The position numbers and the translations under genes were made by a program. DNA of 64,000 nt, taken from positions 23,569-87,568 of the forward strand of contig CAWGHH010000002.1 in the NCBI GenBank assembly GCA_963822405.1, read 5' to 3'. The notes under the pieces are model-generated. The model had not been told where the DNA came from. It was given only the letters and a program-made list of their open reading frames with translations, and made no database searches. Numbering within the stretch: position 1 is the stretch's first letter; every line of letters begins with the position of its first letter. The DNA is from Candidatus Uhrbacteria bacterium (lineage in GTDB: Bacteria; Patescibacteriota; Patescibacteriia; UBA9934). Below are positions 9,232 through 16,916 of the stretch, piece after piece.

Positions 9232-9771
9232 ATGTCAGCCTATCGTCAAAAATTTCTTGCCTTCCGCGTGTACCGGTTTAAGGACACGGACGCGTACGGG
9301 CAGTTGTATGACATCCATGCTGACCGCATACGTCGGTTTTTAATCTTCAAAGTTCCTCGCAAAGAGGACGCTGAAGAAATTACCAGTGAGGTATTTTTAC
9401 GAGGTTGGGAGTACATGACTTCAAGCTCAGTGGATAACGTTGGCGCCTTGCTCTTCCGCATAGCCAGAAACATTACGGCTGACTTCTACCGCAGGAATGT
9501 GCCAGTCGACAATGTCGAGGATTCAATCCTTGAACAGATCCCTGCCGGTACGGTACTCGCCGAAGAAGTGGCTCAGAAGATAGAGAGTGATGATCTCATT
9601 GAGAAGCTGAAACTTCTTAAAGAAGATTATAGAGAAATCCTAGTCATGCGGTATTTGAACGAGATGAGCATAGGCGAGATTGCGGATACGCTTGAGCAGA
9701 CGCCAAATAACGTGAGGGTCACTCTACATAGAGCGAAGAAAGCTCTCCAGGAGATAGTCGTTAGTCGCTAG
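9232..9771 (+). CDS. ECF-type RNA polymerase sigma factor (sigma-70 regions 2 and 4)
   Basis: Region 2 (FLRGWEY...RIARNITADFYRR) and region 4 HTH (EMSIGEIADTLEQTPNNVRVTLHRAKKAL). Confidence 0.88.
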   Translation: MSAYRQKFLAFRVYRFKDTDAYGQLYDIHADRIRRFLIFKVPRKEDAEEITSEVFLRGWEYMTSSSVDNVGALLFRIARNITADFYRRNVPVDNVEDSILEQIPAGTVLAEEVAQKIESDDLIEKLKLLKEDYREILVMRYLNEMSIGEIADTLEQTPNNVRVTLHRAKKALQEIVVSR

Positions 9772-9802
9772 TCATTAGTCTATAGTCAAAGAACCTGATC
9801 CT

Positions 9803-10933
9803 GTGTCCAACTTATTTTCACAATTAAAGAGTTTGAAAAATAACCCCCAAGCTGGGGCTCTTTCTCTATCTGAGCATGAGACGGCTAAGGCTCGTCTCCT
9901 TTCCCGCGTGAGTGCAGACCTGCCAGCAGGCAATGAATCCAAGTCTTATGTTTCCTGGTATGTCAGTTCTTTCATTTCTAAGCCAGTGACCGTTGGCGTA
10001 GCGGTAGTGACAATTTTTACGGGAAGTTTGTCTACGGTAAGCGCTGCGTCTTCCAGTATTCCTGGCGATACCTTATATACGGTGAAGCGCATTACAGAAC
10101 AGGCACAGCTAAAACTGGCCTCACTAGACCGTCGAGCGATCCTTCACACGGAGTTCGCAGAACGCCGGTTGCGGGAGGCAGTCGAACTGCGGTCAGCTGA
10201 CACGGTTGACTCAGCTCATCAGACACTCGCTAAAACAGCCATGGTTGAGTATGCCTCAGAATTATTGCAAGCCTCGGCTGATCTGAAAAACTTGAAGAAC
10301 AATGTTGGTTCCTCGGCAGCTCTCGCAGTTGTCACAGATGTCCAGAACAAGATTGATTCAATGAAGGCGGTGATTGAGGAAACGGCTTCCACTAACTCTA
10401 CTTCAGCTGCTGGCACAGAAACTGTTGACGCCAAGCAAGCAGTAAAAGAAACCCAGGAGGTTGCTACCACGGTTGCGGTAGACGTACATGAGCAAGAAGC
10501 CACTGATAAATCTAGCCAAGAATTAAAGGCGATGTTTACAAAAGAACTTGGTTCTATAGAAGCCAGGCAGACCTTTGACGAACATAGACTGCAAACTATT
10601 GAAAAGAACGTGATCGGAAATGAGATGTTTGAGGGCGTGGCGGGAATTCCAGACAGTGATGATCTAAAAAGACTGAACTACGTTATTAAGCAAACCAAGC
10701 TCCAGATTCCAGAAGCCATGAATGGCTTTGCCGCTGGGGGATACAGAACAGCCTTCGCCACACTTCAAGGAGTAGACCAAGAACTGCTGACACTTGAAGC
10801 AAAGATTGCTGAGGTAGAAATCCTGATCATGCAAACTAGAGACGCTTCTGAGAAAGCGGGGTTAGAAACCCCGCCTTCCGAAACGCCGACATCCGATCTG
10901 GAAACCCCGCCTTCTGCGGCGCCAATGCCATAG
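9803..10933 (+). CDS. putative anti-sigma factor-like membrane protein (DUF5667-like, coiled-coil)
   Basis: Immediately downstream of the ECF sigma; one TM segment (VTVGVAVVTIFTG), then a long coiled-coil region. The C-terminal ETPPSETPTSDLETPPS tail is encoded by a GC palindrome. Confidence 0.5.
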   Translation: MSNLFSQLKSLKNNPQAGALSLSEHETAKARLLSRVSADLPAGNESKSYVSWYVSSFISKPVTVGVAVVTIFTGSLSTVSAASSSIPGDTLYTVKRITEQAQLKLASLDRRAILHTEFAERRLREAVELRSADTVDSAHQTLAKTAMVEYASELLQASADLKNLKNNVGSSAALAVVTDVQNKIDSMKAVIEETASTNSTSAAGTETVDAKQAVKETQEVATTVAVDVHEQEATDKSSQELKAMFTKELGSIEARQTFDEHRLQTIEKNVIGNEMFEGVAGIPDSDDLKRLNYVIKQTKLQIPEAMNGFAAGGYRTAFATLQGVDQELLTLEAKIAEVEILIMQTRDASEKAGLETPPSETPTSDLETPPSAAPMP

Positions 10934-11100
10934 ATACAAATCTCACGTATTTCCTTCACGAGCGATCTCAAACGAGGTCGCTCGGAAAGGGACTGCGTTT
11001 AACGCATCCCGGGTAAGCATGCTCAAAGGTCGGGGCCGCAGGCCCATGCAAACCTCTATCTCTTTACCCCTTAAAAGGGGAAAATGGTTCTTGCAATTTT

Positions 11101-13059
11101 ATGCAACATGTTCTAGAAACTGGAAAGCGCGCAATCTCCGCAGCAGTAGCTGCCGCGACGATCGCTTTCTCAATCGGTGCTGGTGTTCTAATGACCCCAA
11201 GCACTTCTCACGCTGCAGCTGCCGGTGACCGCTTCCGAAGCGTTTCACTTTCTACTGTCTATTACTACGGTTACGACGGCATGCGTTACACGTACCCAAA
11301 CCTAAGCACTTATAAGAGCTGGCACATGACAGCTTCTGGCGCAGCTGATTTCAGCGGCGTTAGCACAGTTTCAGATAGCACGATCTCGGATATCACCTTG
11401 GGTGGTAACGTCGTCATGCGTGGCGGTTCCTACTGGATCAAGGTCACTTCTGACCCTAAGGTCTACGCGGTCGCCCGCAACGGTAACATTCACTGGATTG
11501 AATCAGAAGCTGTCGCCACCTCATTCGCTGGCTCCGACTGGAACCAGAGAATCGTTGACGTAGCCGATGTTTTCTTCACAGATTACACGGTTGGCTCCTC
11601 ACTCATGAGTGCCACTGCGTATGACGGTGTGATGTTCTCAGACGCTGGTAGCACATACCTCGCATGGGGTGGTGCAAAGCGTTTGGTATCCGCTGCAGGT
11701 ATGTCTGCTAACGGTCTCCAGTCCATGTTCGTCATGGATGGATCCGGTGTTGTAAGCAGCGCATTGTCTGCTGGTTCTGATTTGACTGTTAAGGACAGCG
11801 AAGTCTCTGACGACGCTCAGACTGTAGTTGGTTCATCGGTAGTTACTGGCGCCCTCACGGTGTCCGCAGCTTCCTCTATGCCAGCTGGTGCCTCCCTTCC
11901 AGGTGGCGCTAACTCAGTCCAGGTCTACTCCTTCAACGTGAAGGCAGGTAGCGAAGCTGCTACGTTCAGTGGTGTAACTCTCTCCATGATTGGAGCTGGT
12001 TCCACTAACAACATCAGCAACGCCTACTTGTACGAAGGTGCCACACGTTTGACGGAATCACGCACTGTGAACTCCTCAACACGTCAGGTTTCCTTCAACA
12101 ACTTGAACCGCGCTATTGCTGCAAACGCAATGCACACCTACACGGTGCGCGTAACCGTTTCTACGTCCCAGACGGCAGCTGATACGTTTGGCTTCAAGAT
12201 CGGAGCTTCTGCTGACGTAGTGTCCGCAGGATCCGTAGGCGGTTCCTTCCCAATCTCGGGAAACATCTTTACCCTCACCGGTACTGATGCTGGAACTCTC
12301 TTGATCACAAAGACCGGAACAATCGCTGACCCAACGGTTGGCGCACAGGACGCAGAAATTGGTCAGTTCAAGGCAGCCGCAAACGGCTCCGAGGCTGCAG
12401 ACATTTCCGCAATCACTCTTAAGATTGACAATGCTTCAGACCACGCAGACTTCCGTCTCTGGGATGGCAACGTTGAACTTTCTAAGGGTGTTAACTCCTC
12501 CGGTGACTGGGTAGTCTTTGATCTTTCCGCACATCCTTTCCACATCAACGAAGGTGGTAATAACATCTTCTCAGTGACTGCGGATATTGGCGGACAGTCA
12601 CTTGACACAGTTAAGGTTTACGTTGACAACGCAGTTGACGTTGTCGCTATCGGTGGTGACTACGGATTTGGCCTGACAATTGACATCAGCACCGGTTCTA
12701 CCGGTTACGATGGTACTTCTTGTACGGCTTCCACCGGTGAATGTTCCTTCAGCACGGTTAAGGGTGGCAAGCTCACGCTTGTACTCAACGGCCCAGCTGC
12801 TGGCGACATCCAGGTAGATTCTCAGGATCAGACTCTCTTGAAGTTCGCTGTGACCGCTACTCAGTACGTCAACATCAAGGACCTTGATATCAACGTCTAC
12901 GGTGATGACGACGCAGATGCAGACGCATTTGACGGAACTGAAGCTGACACAGATGTAAGCACGGACGGTTTGATCGGTGCTACTTCCGCTAACATCACGG
13001 ACATCAAGATCATTAACGCTGACACTGGCGCTGTGATCATGGGTCCTGATGGAGCTTGA
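11101..13059 (+). CDS. large secreted Ser/Thr/Gly/Ala-rich surface (S-layer/adhesin-like) protein, N-terminal part
   Basis: Signal peptide (AISAAVAAATIAFSIGAGVLMTPSTSHAAAAG); 652 aa of low-complexity beta-rich sequence. Ends at a TGA that overlaps the next ORF by 11 nt in the +1 frame. Confidence 0.6.
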   Translation: MQHVLETGKRAISAAVAAATIAFSIGAGVLMTPSTSHAAAAGDRFRSVSLSTVYYYGYDGMRYTYPNLSTYKSWHMTASGAADFSGVSTVSDSTISDITLGGNVVMRGGSYWIKVTSDPKVYAVARNGNIHWIESEAVATSFAGSDWNQRIVDVADVFFTDYTVGSSLMSATAYDGVMFSDAGSTYLAWGGAKRLVSAAGMSANGLQSMFVMDGSGVVSSALSAGSDLTVKDSEVSDDAQTVVGSSVVTGALTVSAASSMPAGASLPGGANSVQVYSFNVKAGSEAATFSGVTLSMIGAGSTNNISNAYLYEGATRLTESRTVNSSTRQVSFNNLNRAIAANAMHTYTVRVTVSTSQTAADTFGFKIGASADVVSAGSVGGSFPISGNIFTLTGTDAGTLLITKTGTIADPTVGAQDAEIGQFKAAANGSEAADISAITLKIDNASDHADFRLWDGNVELSKGVNSSGDWVVFDLSAHPFHINEGGNNIFSVTADIGGQSLDTVKVYVDNAVDVVAIGGDYGFGLTIDISTGSTGYDGTSCTASTGECSFSTVKGGKLTLVLNGPAAGDIQVDSQDQTLLKFAVTATQYVNIKDLDINVYGDDDADADAFDGTEADTDVSTDGLIGATSANITDIKIINADTGAVIMGPDGA

Positions 13060-15214
13060 CTCTGCAGTAGACGGTGGAAATGACGCCGTGCAGACCATTG
13101 ACTTCACTGATGACTTCTCCATGAACGCAGGTGAAACTTTGAACCTTGCGGTTACGGCAGACATTGCTAGCGGTGCAGCCTCTGGCACAGCCTTTGGTGC
13201 AAAGTTCGTTCGCTCAGGTCTAGTAACAGAAGATGGCAACGGTGATGCACTCGCAACATCTGACATCATCCCTGGTACTGACATCACTGGTTACAACCAG
13301 GTTGCTCGTGCTGCTTCCTTGGCCTTTGCCTTGGCTAGCACACCTTCTAGCACTACTACTGTTGACGGTACACAGAACGTTTCTGTGGTCGGCTTCACAG
13401 TAACTGCTGGCTTGGCTTCTCCAGTTACTGTTACTGATTTGACTCTCTCTGCATACGGTGAAGACACAGCAGTGGGCGGTACTTACACCATTGGTGGTGG
13501 AGCTCCGGACACCAACGCAGACGTTAACGATTACGTTGACTCCTGCTCACTCTATGACGGTGCTACACGCGTAGCTGGTCCAGAGGCTCCAGCAACTAAC
13601 GGTCAGACGATCCGCTTCAACTCTATGAGCTGGACGATTGCTGCCGGTGGTGTAAAGAACCTCACAGTACAATGTAACTTTGCCAACACTTCTACGGCTG
13701 GCAATGCTTACTTCTCCTTTGACATCGCAACCGTACTTACGGACGTTGTTGCAGAAGATTCTTCTAGCAACGCGATTGACGTAACGGGTGACGCAGCTAA
13801 CGGTGGTGTGACTCCTACTCGCACTGTAACGTTGGCCGACTCCGGCACACTTGCAGTAACGGTAGCTTCTGGTACTCCTAGCGCTGACTTTATCCTCACG
13901 GGTACAAACAACGCAGAGGTAGCAGAATATCGTTTCACAGCTACTAACGAATCCTTCAACGTCACCACGCTCGAATTCAAGGAATTTGCAGCTCAGAATG
14001 ACGGAATTGGTGCTGATTCTTCCGCATACGCTAACAACATCTCTCTCGTGACCCTCTCTTACCCTAAGGCCGACGGCACAATGGGTACGGCTACTGCGTC
14101 TATGTCAGCAAACGCTGCAACGTTTACTGGTCTAACCATGTACGTACCGGTAGGAACTCCGAAGGATGTAAAGGTATACGTGAACACCCCAGCTTCTGAT
14201 CGTAACTCTGGTGGCTCCGCTACCAGCAACGAGAAGATTCGCATGACGTTCTCTAACGGTGACGGATCTGGCACTGAATCATTCAAGGCGACTGGAGCAG
14301 GCTCCGGTTACACACTTGATGAATCAACCAAGTCTGATATCACTACTGGTGTACCGGCTTTCGTAGTCCGCGAAACCAAGCCAGTGATCACTCTCAGCGC
14401 TTCCTCACCTTCCGGTAGTGTCGTCGCTGGTCGCATCGAAGCTCTCCGCTTTAACGTAGCGGCTTCTGCTAACCAGGATGTAGTATTGAACACACTTACG
14501 TTCAAGATGACATCAACAGACAACGCAGGCACTCCAACTCTCTGGAACGGTTGTGACACTAACGGTGTATCTCAGACACTTACGTCAGACTTCGATTTCT
14601 ACGATCTGAAGGACGCAAGTACGACTCTTGATACAGCAGATACCGATTGGACCTTCTTGAAGGCCACCGGTGCAGTTTGCGACACAGCAGCTGCTTCACT
14701 CGGTTTCGTAAAGATCACTCTTCCAGTCGCCTCGATTGTTACTAAGGGTACGAGCCACTCGTATGCCTTGTACTTCGATGCAACCGGTGCAAGCTCAAGC
14801 AGCGATGATTCGCTTCGCTTCGACCTTCCTACGGATCCGATCGCGAATACGTATTTGGTTGATCAGGCATATGTTGTTGCTGTCACTGCAGTCAACACTG
14901 ATTTCACGGCTGCAGCCGCAGGAGGATATACGCTTGGTGACGTTATTTGTGTGGACGCAGACGCTAGTGGCGTTTGTGACGCAGCGGAAGAAAAGGTATT
15001 GGTCGTGGTAGACGGTGGAACTGCTCTTACAGTAGTTCGCGGGTACCTCGGATCTACACCAGCAGCTGATGCGGCTGGAAACTTCCTACGTATGCCAGGT
15101 TCTCTTCTATGGCAGGATGACGGTTCTTCAACCGTTGCCCTTCCTTTGCAGGAATACTGGAGCTCGTCACTTGTTGACAACCTACCGGTCACCGGCGGAA
15201 CATTGGTCTTCTAA
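13049..15214 (+). CDS. large Ser/Thr/Gly/Ala-rich surface protein, C-terminal part (probably continuous with 11101..13059 across a frameshift)
   Basis: Same composition and repeat style as the upstream ORF; no signal peptide of its own; the frame switches at 13049-13059. Confidence 0.6.
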   Translation: MELDSAVDGGNDAVQTIDFTDDFSMNAGETLNLAVTADIASGAASGTAFGAKFVRSGLVTEDGNGDALATSDIIPGTDITGYNQVARAASLAFALASTPSSTTTVDGTQNVSVVGFTVTAGLASPVTVTDLTLSAYGEDTAVGGTYTIGGGAPDTNADVNDYVDSCSLYDGATRVAGPEAPATNGQTIRFNSMSWTIAAGGVKNLTVQCNFANTSTAGNAYFSFDIATVLTDVVAEDSSSNAIDVTGDAANGGVTPTRTVTLADSGTLAVTVASGTPSADFILTGTNNAEVAEYRFTATNESFNVTTLEFKEFAAQNDGIGADSSAYANNISLVTLSYPKADGTMGTATASMSANAATFTGLTMYVPVGTPKDVKVYVNTPASDRNSGGSATSNEKIRMTFSNGDGSGTESFKATGAGSGYTLDESTKSDITTGVPAFVVRETKPVITLSASSPSGSVVAGRIEALRFNVAASANQDVVLNTLTFKMTSTDNAGTPTLWNGCDTNGVSQTLTSDFDFYDLKDASTTLDTADTDWTFLKATGAVCDTAAASLGFVKITLPVASIVTKGTSHSYALYFDATGASSSSDDSLRFDLPTDPIANTYLVDQAYVVAVTAVNTDFTAAAAGGYTLGDVICVDADASGVCDAAEEKVLVVVDGGTALTVVRGYLGSTPAADAAGNFLRMPGSLLWQDDGSSTVALPLQEYWSSSLVDNLPVTGGTLVF

Positions 15215-15256
15215 GACTAGTGTGACGTCCTAAGCCAAAGGGTTTAAGACAATCAA

Positions 15257-15296
15257 AATCCCCCAAGGCCGAAAGGCTGAGGGGGATTTTGGTTTG
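15257..15296 (+). terminator. rho-independent terminator
   Basis: ATCCCCC...GGGGGAT stem followed by TTTTGGTTT. Confidence 0.6.
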
Positions 15297-15310
15297 GGTG
15301 ATAAATATGC

Positions 15311-15355
15311 TATAATCAACAATATGCGATGGAAGTAAGAGTTTTCCATACTTCC
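15311..15355 (+). promoter_or_regulatory. TATAAT -10 box plus inverted repeat GGAAGTA-N11-TACTTCC upstream of abiEi
   Basis: Perfect TATAAT at 15311-15316. The 7-bp inverted repeat at 15331-15355 lies between the -10 box and the AbiEi start, as expected for an autoregulatory operator. Confidence 0.35.
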
Positions 15356-15371
15356 GTCCACTATTATTGAT

Positions 15372-15944
15372 ATGGACAGCCTTTTGAGCAAAATCTATCA
15401 GTCACAAAAAACGATCCTTACTAGTAAGGATTTGGCTTTGATTTGGCGAGAAACTGATCAAAATAATTTAAAAACGAAAATTTCATACTACGTAAAGCAA
15501 GGGTCGTTACTCCGTTTATCTAGGGGAATTTTCGCGAAAGATAGTAACTATTCTCCCAGGGAGCTGGCCACGAGTGTATATACTCCGTCGTACATAAGTT
15601 TTGAAACAGCGCTTCGTGACGCTGGCATGATTTTTCAACATCACGATACTATTTTTGTGGCTGGGCCATGGTCTAAGACGGTGCGCATTGACAAGACGTC
15701 TATTGTATTTCGGAAACTTAAAGAGAGCGTATTGTATAACCAGGAAGGGATAGAAAGAAACGAAACATATAGTATTGCTTCACCAGAGCGTGCATTTTTA
15801 GATATGATTTATCTTTTTCCAGAATATCACTTTGATAATCTTCGAGTATTAAATTGGGAGAAGTGCTTCGAATTAGTAAGAATATACAGCAATGCACAGC
15901 TGGAGAAGCGGTTAAGAAAGTATCAAAACATTTATGCTAAATAG
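15372..15944 (+). CDS. AbiEi-like antitoxin/transcriptional regulator (type IV TA)
   Basis: 190 aa; overlaps the following AbiEii-like gene by 11 nt. N-terminal wHTH-like region plus a C-terminal domain of AbiEi size. The assignment rests mainly on synteny. Confidence 0.55.
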   Translation: MDSLLSKIYQSQKTILTSKDLALIWRETDQNNLKTKISYYVKQGSLLRLSRGIFAKDSNYSPRELATSVYTPSYISFETALRDAGMIFQHHDTIFVAGPWSKTVRIDKTSIVFRKLKESVLYNQEGIERNETYSIASPERAFLDMIYLFPEYHFDNLRVLNWEKCFELVRIYSNAQLEKRLRKYQNIYAK

Positions 15945-16644
15945 AGAAAAGCACCAACTGATCATGGGGCGTATTTTGCGTGATATTTACGCTGACGCTT
16001 CGATTGCTTCATTGTTGGGTTTCAAGGGAGGCACCTGCGCGTATTTTTTTTATGACCTTCCAAGGTTTTCGGTAGATTTGGACTTTGATTATTTAGGAGG
16101 GGATGACACGGATAAGCAGTTAGTATTTGAGAAGTTGGGTAAGATCCTGGAGCAATACGGTCAGCTTAAGGATAGTTGTATCAAACTTAAAACAATATTC
16201 TTCCTTCTGTCTTATGGTGACAGTGATCACAATGTAAAAATTGAAGTAAGTACAAGGATGAACATTCCTAATTTTGGTGATCATTTTGAACTGAAAGAAT
16301 ATCTTGGTATTTCTATGCTAGTTAGTAAGCAACCATATCTTTTTGCGAGTAAGCTTGCGGCACTTACAACGCGAAGTGAGATGGCCACACGTGATATTTT
16401 TGATATCTGGTACTTTGCGAAGAGTAACTGGGATATTGATAGCGAGGTGCTCATTTTGAGGGTCGGAAAGAGTGTGAAAGACCATCTATTGGCATGCATT
16501 ACTGTTATCGAAGGAGTTAAGGACAATCAAATCCTCTATGGGTTAGGGGAGCTTGTCGACGAAAAAGGGAAGACATGGATCAAGAATCATTTACGAGATG
16601 AGGCAGTTTTTATGCTGAAAAATTATTCTTCTGTGTTGAGATGA
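15934..16644 (+). CDS. AbiEii/AbiGii-family nucleotidyltransferase toxin (DUF1814)
   Basis: LGFKGGTCAYFFYDLPRFSVDLDFD nucleotidyltransferase motif (GG..., D.D); 236 aa. Confidence 0.78.
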   Translation: MLNREKHQLIMGRILRDIYADASIASLLGFKGGTCAYFFYDLPRFSVDLDFDYLGGDDTDKQLVFEKLGKILEQYGQLKDSCIKLKTIFFLLSYGDSDHNVKIEVSTRMNIPNFGDHFELKEYLGISMLVSKQPYLFASKLAALTTRSEMATRDIFDIWYFAKSNWDIDSEVLILRVGKSVKDHLLACITVIEGVKDNQILYGLGELVDEKGKTWIKNHLRDEAVFMLKNYSSVLR

Positions 16645-16648
16645 GCAT

Positions 16649-16840
16649 ATGCAACAAGAGCAAGAGAGTAGTGATGCGAAGAAGATATATATTAGATGCA
16701 CTCATTGCGGAGATGAAATATTTTGGAATACTCACAAAAGCCTGACGTACTGTCAGTGCGAGCAAATTTCTGTTGATGGTTGTGAATACTACGTACGAAT
16801 CAACGGTAACAAGGGTGATTATGAGCATGTACAGCGTTGA
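16649..16840 (+). CDS. small zinc-ribbon protein (63 aa; CxxC...CxC...C)
   Basis: CTHCGDE and CQCEQISVDGC cysteine pairs. Starts 4 nt after the abiEii stop, so it is probably co-transcribed. Confidence 0.45.
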   Translation: MQQEQESSDAKKIYIRCTHCGDEIFWNTHKSLTYCQCEQISVDGCEYYVRINGNKGDYEHVQR

Positions 16841-16857
16841 CAATCAACGATAAATTA

Positions 16858-16903
16858 TTGACATTTCTGCATATTTCAGCTATTTTAGTGAAGTTAACTT
16901 CAC
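16858..16903 (+). promoter_or_regulatory. promoter TTGACA-N17-TATTTT followed by palindrome GTGAAGTTAACTTCAC
   Basis: -35 at 16858-16863 and -10 at 16881-16886; a 16-bp perfect palindrome at 16888-16903 lies just upstream of the GTG start of the MopE-like gene. Confidence 0.35.
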
Positions 16904-16916
16904 TCTGGGAGATACC

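Noticed and set aside
12598-15192. Minus-strand ORFs within the surface-protein genes (12598-13287, 13708-13980, 14059-14286, 14308-14559, 14863-15192)
   Set aside because: Low-complexity GC-skewed coding DNA gives stop-poor antisense frames; the sense ORFs carry the signal peptide and a consistent composition.
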